The notes: a model not told the origin generated them from the letters alone. 64,000 bases of DNA from a candidate division WOR-3 bacterium (GCA_965649295.1 CBFGKH010000001.1:321881-385880); one strand, 5' to 3'; counted from the first letter of the stretch, positions 1-9,459 are shown. A program made the numbers and translations.

Positions 1-48
1 CAGGCCAGCAAGAATCAACGCAGCCGCCAGCAGAAACAGCTCCGGCAC
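1..48 (-). CDS. 5' end of a CDS running off the window (hydrophobic N-terminus)
   Basis: GTG at 48, 1 nt after the upstream stop, reads MPELFLLAAALILAGL and stays open to the window edge. Confidence 0.4.
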   Translation of the reverse strand, partial: MPELFLLAAALILAGL

Positions 49-49
49 T

Positions 50-1846
50 CTAGCGTGAGACAACAACCTTGAGTACACGAACTTCAGTTCCGGTTCGCAG
101 ACAAGCAAAGTAGGTTCCAGCTCCGACCCGCTGACCGTCAGCGTCCGCAAGCGGCCAGACCGCACGCCCAGTGCCACTGAGACCCTGCCCGAGACTCTGC
201 ACCAGTCGGCCACCAGCATCGAAGATAGCAATCTCACCAACAACGCCGTCCGGCAATGAGTAGGCAACTGTTGCCCTTTGGTTGGTAATCGTCCCGCAGA
301 TGCGCAACTTTGCTGGTTGTGCTGCTGGCCGCTCGGCGATGCCGCCTACATACGGCGTCACCAGCAGGTCGTCAACATACCAGCCATCAGCATTGACGCT
401 ATTGTCAGAGATGAAGCGGAATCCGACGCGCAGGGTCTGGCCAGCATACCGGCTGATGTCGAACGTCGGCTGCAGCCAACCGCTGCCCGTGCCGTCATAG
501 CTCGCAATGGGATACCAGAACGGCGAGCCGTTGTTCAACTCCACATACGCGAAGTCATAGCCAGCCTCAGTCGCATACCAATGGTAGAACGAAAGCTGCG
601 CTCCATCGCCAACCGTGAAGTAGGGCGAGATTAGCCGCATGTCGGTCTCGACGTTGTATTGGTGGCTCGCGTCTGAACCGCAGTACCACGAACTCATCGG
701 CGTATGACTACGGTAGGTAGTCAGATGCCAGGCGTCCCTAATGCCAGAATGCCACCAGTTGCCGACAGCATCCATATTGTCGGATATGCCCGAGCCGGTG
801 GTGATGTTCACCGGCACACTCAACGTGTCCAGAATCTCATCACTCCCTGCCACTACCAGAGTGAGCGTGGCGACATGCGGGTCCGGACAGCCGGCCGCCA
901 CTCGGATGGCAAAAGGCGTGGTCGAATAGCCGACCTCACCCACTGCCAGCGTCGGGAATGCGGCTGTCGGCTGGGTGACAGTCACGTAAGGGTTAGTGCT
1001 CAGCAGTGTGCCAGTCAGGCCGCTTGCTCTTCCCAGCCCCATATTGCGCAATGCGATGGTCAGGTTCGTCTCCTGCCCTGGTGCCGGTCGCGCTGACTGA
1101 TAACCGTAATAGACTACCTTCGCCTTAGGAATGACTGCTGTCCGGGCGCCCTGGAACATCTGCTTGGTAGCGTTGTTCTGGACAAAGACAACGATCTCGC
1201 AGTTACTGGCCACCCAAGCCGCGTTCAACGTGTAATCTCGAGTCGCAGTCAGCGAATCATTCGCCGGCACCGTCACTGCCACGCCGGTTCCGTTCGGCAG
1301 CATATCACGCACCACGTATTGCAGACTCTCCATTCCCTGCCACGGATGGTAGATGTGATTCTGGATTATGGCAACGTGAAGCTGGCCGCTCACTGCTGTG
1401 CCGGTCGTGTTCCGAAGCAGGATATCGAGATGCCCCTGCCTAGTAAGCGTGTCATACGTATTCGACAGCTCAATCTCCAGCGGACTGGCGACAAGTTTGC
1501 GGGTGTCAAAGAACTGCCGGTAGGTCGGATACATAGTACCGGTATGAACGCCACCGACGACACTGTAATCGCCGTCAAGCCGAACCGTCGGATAGCCGCT
1601 GACGCCGTAGTAGTTCATTCGTGTCACCGATACCGTGTTGTAGTAGGGATCGCTCGTTGAGGGGTGATAGGCCAGCGGCACAACAGTGTCGAACGCGTTG
1701 AAGTCGAGTTCTTCGATGCCACGGGCCGCTCCTGGACAGTAGGTACACCAAGTCGCAGTAAAGTCCTCAATCACGACTATTCGCTGACTTGCGGTCAACA
1801 GCGCCGGAATGCAAAGTACCAGCGCCAAGAACATACCTCTACTCAT
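50..1846 (-). CDS. Secreted Omp28-related protein with thioredoxin-like CxxC, Ig-like and MAM/InhA-like domains, and a FlgD-Ig/T9SS-like C-terminal domain
   Basis: Signal peptide; EDFTATWCTYCP; GYPT; Omp28-like HVVR-type region (QYVVRDM) and VVFVQ; GWYVDD; C-terminal IFDAGGRLV...GAGTYF...KVVV; GGAGG SD. Confidence 0.8.
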   Translation of the reverse strand: MSRGMFLALVLCIPALLTASQRIVVIEDFTATWCTYCPGAARGIEELDFNAFDTVVPLAYHPSTSDPYYNTVSVTRMNYYGVSGYPTVRLDGDYSVVGGVHTGTMYPTYRQFFDTRKLVASPLEIELSNTYDTLTRQGHLDILLRNTTGTAVSGQLHVAIIQNHIYHPWQGMESLQYVVRDMLPNGTGVAVTVPANDSLTATRDYTLNAAWVASNCEIVVFVQNNATKQMFQGARTAVIPKAKVVYYGYQSARPAPGQETNLTIALRNMGLGRASGLTGTLLSTNPYVTVTQPTAAFPTLAVGEVGYSTTPFAIRVAAGCPDPHVATLTLVVAGSDEILDTLSVPVNITTGSGISDNMDAVGNWWHSGIRDAWHLTTYRSHTPMSSWYCGSDASHQYNVETDMRLISPYFTVGDGAQLSFYHWYATEAGYDFAYVELNNGSPFWYPIASYDGTGSGWLQPTFDISRYAGQTLRVGFRFISDNSVNADGWYVDDLLVTPYVGGIAERPAAQPAKLRICGTITNQRATVAYSLPDGVVGEIAIFDAGGRLVQSLGQGLSGTGRAVWPLADADGQRVGAGTYFACLRTGTEVRVLKVVVSR

Positions 1847-2008
1847 GGTTCCTCCATTGGTTTGTCTTCTGGGTATCGAGAAAGTGGGATTAGTTGCAGA
1901 ATGGTCCTTCTCGACGGCAGCCTGGCGTCAGCACACTTGTTAGTCACGAGTTCCACCTGCGGCCGAGTCGAAGTAGATTACTCACAGTGCTGCTCAATGG
2001 CCGCCGTA

Positions 2009-2038
2009 GCTGTGGGCGGAATGAAGACCGCCCACAGC
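2009..2038 (-). terminator. Stem-loop downstream of the FTR gene
   Basis: GCTGTGGGCGG-N8-CCGCCCACAGC, 11-bp perfect stem; no clear U-tract. Confidence 0.5.
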
Positions 2039-2061
2039 ATTTCGGCTGATTCTATGAATCA

Positions 2062-2349
2062 TCAGGGCTTGACCGCCGCTGGTGCGAAGAAAAGTCGGCA
2101 GAAGCAGTGCCCTTCCTTGGCGACTTCCTCGTGCACTGTCGGACACGGACAGAGCACATCCTTGTCCGGATTGAGCGGATGTGACTGCTTGCACGGACAG
2201 TAATACTTGCCGTATTCAGCAAAGTTGCGTGCCAGCAAGTTTGCGACCCTCAGCGTCCGTTCCATATCCGGGTTGAGGACATAGCCAAGCTCCTCGCCGA
2301 CCTTCCGCACCCGCTCGATATTGGCGCGATCGCTCGCACTCAGTTCCAT
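2062..2349 (-). CDS. Ferredoxin-thioredoxin reductase catalytic (beta) subunit-like protein
   Basis: GY.LNPD...YCPC...CPC...GHCFCRLF pattern; ATG at 2349 just after the upstream stop. Confidence 0.85.
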   Translation of the reverse strand: MELSASDRANIERVRKVGEELGYVLNPDMERTLRVANLLARNFAEYGKYYCPCKQSHPLNPDKDVLCPCPTVHEEVAKEGHCFCRLFFAPAAVKP

Positions 2350-2351
2350 AG

Positions 2352-3203
2352 CTACTTCTTCTCCGGTGCAATGACCCAAAAGTCTAGTCCAGCAGTGAAC
2401 GGTGCAATCTGACCACCGCGCGAGATGAACTGCAGCGGCAGCCCGGCCTTGGGCCGAATCGAGAGCATCGGCACCGGTTTCACTACCAGCCCCAGTTGGG
2501 CAACGTGCCGGTCCTGCTCGGTCTTCTCCTTGGCAGTGCCATTGATCTCGGTCCGGGCCTGCATCGTGCCGACGAGCGATGCCCAGACCTGGAACTTCTT
2601 CGTAAAGTCGTAATCGAACTTGGCCACGTATTCAAACATGTTGCCGACCCTGGTCGTATCATTCGTCTTGCCGTTAAGCCAGTAGGCTGCGCGCAGGTGC
2701 GCCACTGCCTTGCCCAGCGGCTTGGTTGTAGCAATCAGCCCGACTGCGCCTGCCCACTTGCCATCGCCGATTTTCGGCTGCGCGTTCTTATCCGCGGTTG
2801 GAAATGCCACTGCAGCTGCCGCCGTCACCTTGACCGGCGCTGCCCAGCCTCTCACCACGGCATAGCGGGTCTGCAGTTCGACGTCGCCGACGCCGAACGA
2901 ACTCTTCGAACCCTGGCTCCTGCTGGCCAGCGGTGCCTGCACCAGCAACTCCAGGTTCTTCACTGGAGCGAAACCGGCGATAACGGTTGCGCTGATGGTC
3001 GTGGTCTTGAGCGTGTCAGCCAGCGCGTCCCACTTGCTGTCGGTCCAGTTGTACTTGCTTCCTGTCCGAGCGTAGCCAAAGTCAATCTCGCCGAGAAACT
3101 GCATCGGCTTCAGTGTACCTGCGCCCCGCCCGATCAGCGGCGTGGCTACTGCGCTGCTAGCGACCGCAGCAACTAGTGCTGCGACTACTGCGACTCTCTT
3201 CAT
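2352..3203 (-). CDS. Secreted outer-membrane beta-barrel 'transporter' (MetA-pathway/phenol-degradation-like)
   Basis: AAGGAGG SD before ATG 3203; signal peptide; GVGDVELQTRY and AFPT motifs; alternating amphipathic strands. Confidence 0.65.
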   Translation of the reverse strand: MKRVAVVAALVAAVASSAVATPLIGRGAGTLKPMQFLGEIDFGYARTGSKYNWTDSKWDALADTLKTTTISATVIAGFAPVKNLELLVQAPLASRSQGSKSSFGVGDVELQTRYAVVRGWAAPVKVTAAAAVAFPTADKNAQPKIGDGKWAGAVGLIATTKPLGKAVAHLRAAYWLNGKTNDTTRVGNMFEYVAKFDYDFTKKFQVWASLVGTMQARTEINGTAKEKTEQDRHVAQLGLVVKPVPMLSIRPKAGLPLQFISRGGQIAPFTAGLDFWVIAPEKK

Positions 3204-4005
3204 TCGAACCTCCTTTTGTCTTGTCGGTCCCGTCGTTGCCTTCGACAATTACGGACAAGGCCTGCTCCAGCAGGTCCCGAACCTGCAGCAGCACGCCATC
3301 GAACTCTGGGCCGAACCGCGGCCGCGGCCGACCCATCCTGACTGTTACCTCACCGATAATGCGACCCGGCCGGTCAGCCATCACCACGACCCGGTCCCCC
3401 AAATAGACCGCCTCATCAACGTTGTGCGTGACAAAAACCACCGTCTTACCGGTCTGCTGCCAAATCGCCAGCAGTTCATCTTGAAGCCGGTGACGGGTTC
3501 GCTCATCGAGCGCTCCGAACGGCTCGTCAGCCAGCAGCACTGCTGGGTCAGTGGCCAGCGCCCGAGCAATGGCTGCGCGTTGCTGCATGCCGCCCGAAAG
3601 CTCGTGCGGTCGGCTGCGCTCGAACCCAGCCAGTCCCACCATCCGTATCAGCTCCTGTGCCTTGGCCCGCCGCTCGACCCGACCGACACCGGCCAGCTCC
3701 AGACCGAAAGCAACATTGTCAAGCACGCTCCGCCACGGCAGCAGGGCATATTGCTGAAAAACGAGTCCAACCTCGCGCCGCGGCCCGAGGACCTCCTGGC
3801 CGGCGACTCGAACCGCACCGCTATCCGGCCGCTCCAGCCCAGCCGCGACCCGCAGCAGCGTCGTCTTGCCACAGCCAGTCGGCCCGACCACCGTGACAAA
3901 CGAACCCGGTGCGACCCTGAGCGTAACCCGGTCAAGAGCGACCACACTGGCACCAGCGCCGATGTAGCGGCGGGTTACACCTTCGAACTCCAGCCCGGCT
4001 GCCAT
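3157..4005 (-). CDS. ABC transporter ATP-binding protein, NitT/TauT/SsuB family
   Basis: GPTGCGKTT, LSGGMQQR, DEPFGALD, VTHN. Confidence 0.92.
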   Translation of the reverse strand: MAAGLEFEGVTRRYIGAGASVVALDRVTLRVAPGSFVTVVGPTGCGKTTLLRVAAGLERPDSGAVRVAGQEVLGPRREVGLVFQQYALLPWRSVLDNVAFGLELAGVGRVERRAKAQELIRMVGLAGFERSRPHELSGGMQQRAAIARALATDPAVLLADEPFGALDERTRHRLQDELLAIWQQTGKTVVFVTHNVDEAVYLGDRVVVMADRPGRIIGEVTVRMGRPRPRFGPEFDGVLLQVRDLLEQALSVIVEGNDGTDKTKGGSNEESRSSRSTSCCGR

Positions 4006-4847
4006 CACCGTGCCTTTGCCTGCCAGCTCGTAAACGGCCGGCCGACGGTGCTGACGACCCACGACAGCAGAGCACCGACCAGGCCGATGAGGATCATCCC
4101 GGTCACGAGCACGTCCATCTCGGCAAGCTGGTACGCGTAGATCATCAGATAGCCGATTCCCGAGCTTGAACCGGGCAACATCTCCGCTGCCACAATCACC
4201 ATCCAAGCCGTACCCAGCCCAATCCGCAGACCAGTGAAGATAGCCGGCAGTGCTGCCGGCAGCACGACCTTGCGAAAGACCTGGCCGCGAGTTGCCCCGA
4301 GCACCAATGCCGACTCCACATACGAGTCCCGAACACCAAGCACGCCATCAACTGTATTCAGAAGAATCGGAAAGAACGCCCCATAGAAAAGGATGAAGAG
4401 CATTCCCACCTGCACCGTGTCGAAGATGGTGTGGGAATAGCGCACACCGAACAGATTGACAATCGTGTAGGTCTTGAAGATGGCCATCGCAAACGGTATC
4501 CAGGCAATTGGACAGAGCGGCCGAAACATCTCGACAAACGGGCCGACCAGCCGTCGCACCAGCCCAATCCGGCCCATCAACAACCCGAGCGGTACTGCCG
4601 CGACCATTGCCAGAACAAAACCCATGAGCACCCGCAATCCCGAGACCGCAATGTTGTGCAGCAGTGAACCGGTTTCGAGCACATTCGCACCCGGCCGTAG
4701 CAACCGCCGAACCACTGCTTCGACCCGTGGCACCAGCCAAGGGTTGTTCATCCGCACCGCGGCTAACTCCCATACGGCAAGAAAGAGCAGCGGCAGGGCC
4801 GCACCAAGCAGTAACCGACCAAGCCGAGTGCGAAACAGTTGGGACAC
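4005..4847 (-). CDS. ABC transporter permease, NitT/TauT/SsuC family
   Basis: RPLCPIAWIP, ESALVLGA EAA loop, VIVAAEM; multiple TM helices. Confidence 0.92.
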   Translation of the reverse strand: MSQLFRTRLGRLLLGAALPLLFLAVWELAAVRMNNPWLVPRVEAVVRRLLRPGANVLETGSLLHNIAVSGLRVLMGFVLAMVAAVPLGLLMGRIGLVRRLVGPFVEMFRPLCPIAWIPFAMAIFKTYTIVNLFGVRYSHTIFDTVQVGMLFILFYGAFFPILLNTVDGVLGVRDSYVESALVLGATRGQVFRKVVLPAALPAIFTGLRIGLGTAWMVIVAAEMLPGSSSGIGYLMIYAYQLAEMDVLVTGMILIGLVGALLSWVVSTVGRPFTSWQAKAR

Positions 4848-4850
4848 GTG

Positions 4851-5975
4851 CTACTTCTTCTTTGCTATCCTTGCCCGCGCTCCGGCCAGGGCCGGTTCGA
4901 GAAGTGAGAAGTCGTAGGACATGGCCTCAAACTCCGGCCGCGTCTTATCCTTGAGCGCGTTCGTAATCTTGCCCAGCCCGACCATTTCCTGATACCAGGT
5001 CCACATTCCATCCCGGAACGCAGCATCCGGCTCCATCGAGTAACCTGAGGTAGCCATCGAAACCATCTCAACTTGCGGCGTCGTGCCAATCCATTGCGCA
5101 ACATAGTTTGCTGCCTGCTCACGATTGGTATTGATGTAGTGCGTGGCAACCGCCATCAGTTCGAGGAACTTCTGAATCTGCGGCCCCAGCTTGGCAACCG
5201 CCGCCGTATTGGCAGCAATCGCGCAGCAAGGATGGTCCTTGAACATCCCGGGCGGCAGGTCGTGCAGCTCGGCCACGCAGCGACCGATCCCTTTCGATTC
5301 TGCCACCGCACACCAAGGGTTGTTCGACACATAGGCGTCAATCTGATTGGACTGGATGCCAGCGTTGAGATTCGCCTCATCCTTCATATTCACCATCAAT
5401 ATCTCGGCCTTAGTGTCAGCTACGTCGCTGGTGAACGAGATGCCCTCTTCCTGTAGTGCCCGCTTGAAGATTAGCTCGGCGACCGCCACCGGATTTTTGA
5501 AACCGACGCGAATCTGGGTCGGTTCGCGCTTCACCCAGTCAATGAAATCCCGCCACGAGTTCACCTCGACGCCGTTCTTCACCACCAGCATATCGCCTTT
5601 GGCGTGGAGCGGCGCGATAATCTTCATCGGCGAGCCTTTGTCCACGAAGAACTCGATAGCCGCGACTCCGCCGAACCCGACATCAAACGCGCCCTGACTC
5701 ATCATCGTCGGCATCTCGGCCCCGCCGCCAGCCTTGTACAACTCGATTTCGGCCACGGCCTTCTTGCCGTCCCGCAGCTCATAGAGCTCTTTGGGGCGCA
5801 GCTCCTTGAGCCAGATGCCGTACTCTTTCTGGAACTTCTCACCGGCCAGCGCTGCGACATACAACGCTGAGTGATGGTCGTGGCCAACATGGCCGACCCG
5901 CACAACCGGCAGCTTGGCTGCCAGCATCGCACTTGCGAACGCCAGCAGCAGTAGCATCGTCACTATCCTCTTCAT
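4851..5975 (-). CDS. ABC transporter substrate-binding protein, SsuA/NMT1/NrtA-like
   Basis: Signal peptide MKRIVTMLLLLAF; VRVGHVGHDHH and DHPCC motifs; operon context. Confidence 0.85.
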   Translation of the reverse strand: MKRIVTMLLLLAFASAMLAAKLPVVRVGHVGHDHHSALYVAALAGEKFQKEYGIWLKELRPKELYELRDGKKAVAEIELYKAGGGAEMPTMMSQGAFDVGFGGVAAIEFFVDKGSPMKIIAPLHAKGDMLVVKNGVEVNSWRDFIDWVKREPTQIRVGFKNPVAVAELIFKRALQEEGISFTSDVADTKAEILMVNMKDEANLNAGIQSNQIDAYVSNNPWCAVAESKGIGRCVAELHDLPPGMFKDHPCCAIAANTAAVAKLGPQIQKFLELMAVATHYINTNREQAANYVAQWIGTTPQVEMVSMATSGYSMEPDAAFRDGMWTWYQEMVGLGKITNALKDKTRPEFEAMSYDFSLLEPALAGARARIAKKK

Positions 5976-6131
5976 CTCCCACTCCTCTTGCCATTTGCCG
6001 TTATACTGCCAAGGCAGCAACTCTACGCTTGCTGCTCTTTTCGGCTCCGAGCCAGTCGCTCTCCGTCTCTTAGGCGACCGTCCTACCGCGGGTTCAGGAC
6101 TCCTTTGCCAGACTCAGGATGCCCCTGCTGC

Positions 6132-6923
6132 TCATTTCTCCGCTTCGTACCAACCGCGGCCAACCTGATGCCGATGGGCCGCGTCGCGCCAGAGATTGAC
6201 CAGCCCTTCAGCAAAAGCATAAAGCTCGTTACCGAAGTTCTTGATGATGCTCGGCTTCAGCTCGACCTCAACCTTGTGTTTGTACTCGTCAAAACACTTC
6301 GCAAACTCGTGGGTCTGGTCCTGCACGACGATATTCTTGAACCCGGCCGCCTTCAGCACATCGGCCCAGCCGTTCAAGGTCTCCATATATGGAAACGCCA
6401 TCGACTCATACAGCTTGGCCAGAAGCGGCTCATCAATCTCGCCGGTGATAACCCAGTCAGTGAAGATGATTTTGCCGCCCGGCTTCAGCACTCGATAGGC
6501 CTCGCGGGCCAGCTCATCCTTGTTCGTGACATAACACCAAGCTTCCTGGCCCCAGACTACATCAAAGGTCTCCTTCTTGAACGGCATGTCCATCGCGTTC
6601 CCCTCGACAAAAGTCACCAAACTCTCAAGGCCGGCTTCCCGGGTTCGCTGCCGCGCCTTTTCGAGCATCGTCTTGGTGAAGTCAAGGCCGGTTACGCGTA
6701 CGCCATAGGTCTTGGCCAGCACGCGTGCCGGTGCGCCGAGCGCCGAACAGACATCGAGGACATGCATGCCCGGCTTCAGGCCCACTGCCTTGGCCATGCG
6801 GTGGGTGATTTCGTCACCGCCGGAATGAATCTGCTCTGACATCACGGCTTCCCAGAGCAAGCCACCCGGCCCATCATAGACATCCTGAACATCCTTACCG
6901 GTGTAGTCGTAACGCTTCTGCAT
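6132..6923 (-). CDS. Class I SAM-dependent methyltransferase (sarcosine/dimethylglycine or tocopherol-MT-like fold)
   Basis: IHSGG, VLDVCSALG (motif I variant), GNAMDMPF..FDVVW, RVLKPGG; AAGGAGG SD. Confidence 0.88.
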   Translation of the reverse strand: MQKRYDYTGKDVQDVYDGPGGLLWEAVMSEQIHSGGDEITHRMAKAVGLKPGMHVLDVCSALGAPARVLAKTYGVRVTGLDFTKTMLEKARQRTREAGLESLVTFVEGNAMDMPFKKETFDVVWGQEAWCYVTNKDELAREAYRVLKPGGKIIFTDWVITGEIDEPLLAKLYESMAFPYMETLNGWADVLKAAGFKNIVVQDQTHEFAKCFDEYKHKVEVELKPSIIKNFGNELYAFAEGLVNLWRDAAHRHQVGRGWYEAEK

Positions 6924-7244
6924 TATGCCTCCTTTTGGCAGGGTAAGTCCGCAACCACCGAGCCACTGGCTCGACCTGATTGCCGACAGTTGTAGTTTAT
7001 AGAATCACCAGCCGGCAGCCCGCCGGCGCCGCATGAAAACCTCACCGCTGCCTCGGGTCTGCTGCTTGCTGGTGCTGAAAATTGGTGAGTTTTGCTTGGT
7101 ATGGAGAGTTCGGAACTGCCAATTCATCAATCGGCAGTCTCAGTTGGCACATCGGTCGGCAGGGCGCCCGGCCCTGACAAAGGCCACCAGTCACGGCACA
7201 CGCCTCCGGCCGCGGCCAAACAGCACACTCACCGTCACGCACCC

Positions 7245-7272
7245 ATCATAGCCACCCCCCAGTAGCTGTCAA
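7245..7272 (-). promoter_or_regulatory. Sigma70-like promoter upstream of the methyltransferase/ABC operon
   Basis: TTGACA-N16-TATGAT. Confidence 0.55.
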
Positions 7273-7766
7273 TGCCGGTCAGCAACGCCCTGCTGCCGAC
7301 CCCAGACCAGCAAGAGATGACCTTCATCTCACGGGAGAAAACAATAGCAGAATGTGTACTTCAAGATACACAGCCGTCCGGAGGGGGGACTTGGTCGCAA
7401 GTTACAGCTAGTCCGAATCTTAACCATCTGGGCCGCTTTCTATCACCCCATCCCCCGGACTGTCCCGGGAATGGTCTCCAAAACTGGTTGCAAGTGTGCT
7501 CCCCAAGCTTCTGCCATCACTGTCCTAGTACGAGTTCTGGGTTGGGTCAGGCAAGTCCCTCTGGCTGCTCCTTGCGAGAAGGCTCGTGCAACCCCTCGAG
7601 TTTAGGTCTGTTGTTGGGTGCCCTGACTTCTGCCAGTTTGGGTCGCCGAACCAGCCCGACGACCCCTCTCGGCCCGAGCGCGAAACCCCGCTTGCTGTTC
7701 TGTCCTCGCCTACGTTACTGGATTGGCCTCATCCTATCGCCCTGTTGTTGCCGGTCAGCAGCCGGC

Positions 7767-7795
7767 TTGACTCCCGAAACAGACCGGGCTAGACT
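7767..7795 (+). promoter_or_regulatory. Sigma70-like promoter of tnaA
   Basis: TTGACT-N17-TAGACT, AAGGA SD downstream. Confidence 0.6.
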
Positions 7796-7833
7796 GCGCT
7801 TCAGGCTGCCGAAACCGACCAAGGACAAGCGCG

Positions 7834-9459
7834 ATGAGCGACATACTCGATTTCTTTATCAAACAGTTCGAGGCCCAGTCCTGTCAGCCGGCTGGCTCGG
7901 CTGATTACTGCCGGCCCCGGCCCTATCGCAACGCAGCGGTTCGTTTCCGTCCCTGCTCAATTGGTGACTATGCCGAGCGGCGCGAACTACTAGCACAGGC
8001 TGGACTCAATCCCTTTCTCTTTCCTGCTCACAAGATTCCCGGCTGTGACCTGCTCTCGGATTCCGGGACCACGACGATGACAATGGAGCAGTGGTCCCAA
8101 CTGCTGCTCGGCGACGAAGCTTACGGTTCAAACGAAGGCTACTACGAGCTGCGGGCAACATTCGCCGCTGTTTTCGGGCCGGATTGGATTGATGAAAACC
8201 CGCACCGGGACAACTTTTTCATCTTCCATCAGGGCCGGGCTGCTGAGCATGCCCTGGCCACGGTCTTTGCTACCGAACTGCTGCCACAAATTGACGCAGC
8301 CCGGGCGAAGGCACAGGTTTCCCGTCTCGACGCGGACCTGCGCAACCGTGTTAGTAAGAAAATCAACCGCCCTGACCGCCCGTTCCTGATAGTCCCGAGC
8401 AACTCCCACTTTGATACTACTGAGGGCAACTTTGCCGCGGCCAACATCGTGCCTCTGAATCTGCCCTGCCGCGAACACCGCGAGAAAGACACCCACTTCG
8501 GTTTCCGCGGCAATATGGACACCGCTGCTCTCACCGAATTGCTCAACAAATGCCGCGAGCTGGTACCGCTCGTCTATCTGACAATCACCAACAACACTGC
8601 CGGCGGCCAGCCGGTCTCGCTGGCCAACATCCGGCTCGTGCGCGAGCTGTGCGACCGCTACGACCTGCCCCTCTTTTTTGATGCCTGTCGGTTTGCTGAG
8701 AACAGCTGGTTCATCAAGAAACGCGAGCCCGGTTATGCCGAGCAACCGATTCCGGCCATTGTTCACGAAATCTTCCGCTACGGTGACGGCTTCCATATCA
8801 GTCTGAAAAAGGACGGGCTGGCCAACATCGGCGGCGCGCTGGTGGTCAGACCCGACGGCCGCTTTGCCCGCCGTTTTCCCGAACTGCTCGAACGACTTAC
8901 CGACCACCAGATAATGGTCGAGGGCCACCCGACCTATGGCGGGCTGGCGGGCCGCGACCTCAAGGCGATTGCCCAAGGCCTGCGCACCGTTCTGGACGAA
9001 CGCTATCTCGGCTATCGGATTGAACAGGTGGCCCGCTTCGGCGCGAAGCTGGTCGAAAAAGGCGTCCCTATCATCGAGCCGGTCGGCGGCAGCGCGGTCT
9101 ATATTGACCTCGACGAGTTCTTCGCCGGTACCGACGTCCGCGACGACGAGTTCCGTGGCATCGCTTTCACCGCGCTGCTGCTTTTGGCCGGCCACCGCCT
9201 CTGCGAGCTTGGCACCTATGCCTTTGGTCAGTACCGCAACGGCCGGGAGATTGGCCCTGACCCGCGCGTCAACAATGTGCGGGCCGCAGTCCCCCGACTG
9301 ACCTACGAAGACCAGGACCTCTGCTCTTGCGCTGCCGCGATTGGCGTACTGAAGGAATACCGCGAGCTGATTCCGCCGGTCGAAGTGGTCTATGGCCGCG
9401 AGCTGAGCCTGCGCCACTTCAAGAGCCGGTTCCGCTTCCGCGAGCGTCCCGGTCGCTAG
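7834..9459 (+). CDS. tnaA: Tryptophanase (PLP beta-eliminating lyase)
   Basis: DLLSDSGT, GDEAY, HQGRAAE, DACRFAEN, SLKKDG (PLP Lys); FDTT, ELG and LRHF match tryptophanase rather than tyrosine phenol-lyase (FTTT, ERG, LRFF). Confidence 0.82.
   Translation: MSDILDFFIKQFEAQSCQPAGSADYCRPRPYRNAAVRFRPCSIGDYAERRELLAQAGLNPFLFPAHKIPGCDLLSDSGTTTMTMEQWSQLLLGDEAYGSNEGYYELRATFAAVFGPDWIDENPHRDNFFIFHQGRAAEHALATVFATELLPQIDAARAKAQVSRLDADLRNRVSKKINRPDRPFLIVPSNSHFDTTEGNFAAANIVPLNLPCREHREKDTHFGFRGNMDTAALTELLNKCRELVPLVYLTITNNTAGGQPVSLANIRLVRELCDRYDLPLFFDACRFAENSWFIKKREPGYAEQPIPAIVHEIFRYGDGFHISLKKDGLANIGGALVVRPDGRFARRFPELLERLTDHQIMVEGHPTYGGLAGRDLKAIAQGLRTVLDERYLGYRIEQVARFGAKLVEKGVPIIEPVGGSAVYIDLDEFFAGTDVRDDEFRGIAFTALLLLAGHRLCELGTYAFGQYRNGREIGPDPRVNNVRAAVPRLTYEDQDLCSCAAAIGVLKEYRELIPPVEVVYGRELSLRHFKSRFRFRERPGR

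Noticed and set aside
2040..2064. FTR UGA stop as selenocysteine
   Set aside because: The domain is already complete and the position does not correspond to a conserved Cys
7272..7904. 210-aa + strand ORF
   Set aside because: Low-complexity Ser/Pro/Cys content, no motif, and it overlaps the tnaA promoter and start; probably non-coding
8128..9417. 429-aa antisense ORF, and similar shadow ORFs throughout the window
   Set aside because: Antisense to well-supported genes; typical artefact of GC-rich codon usage
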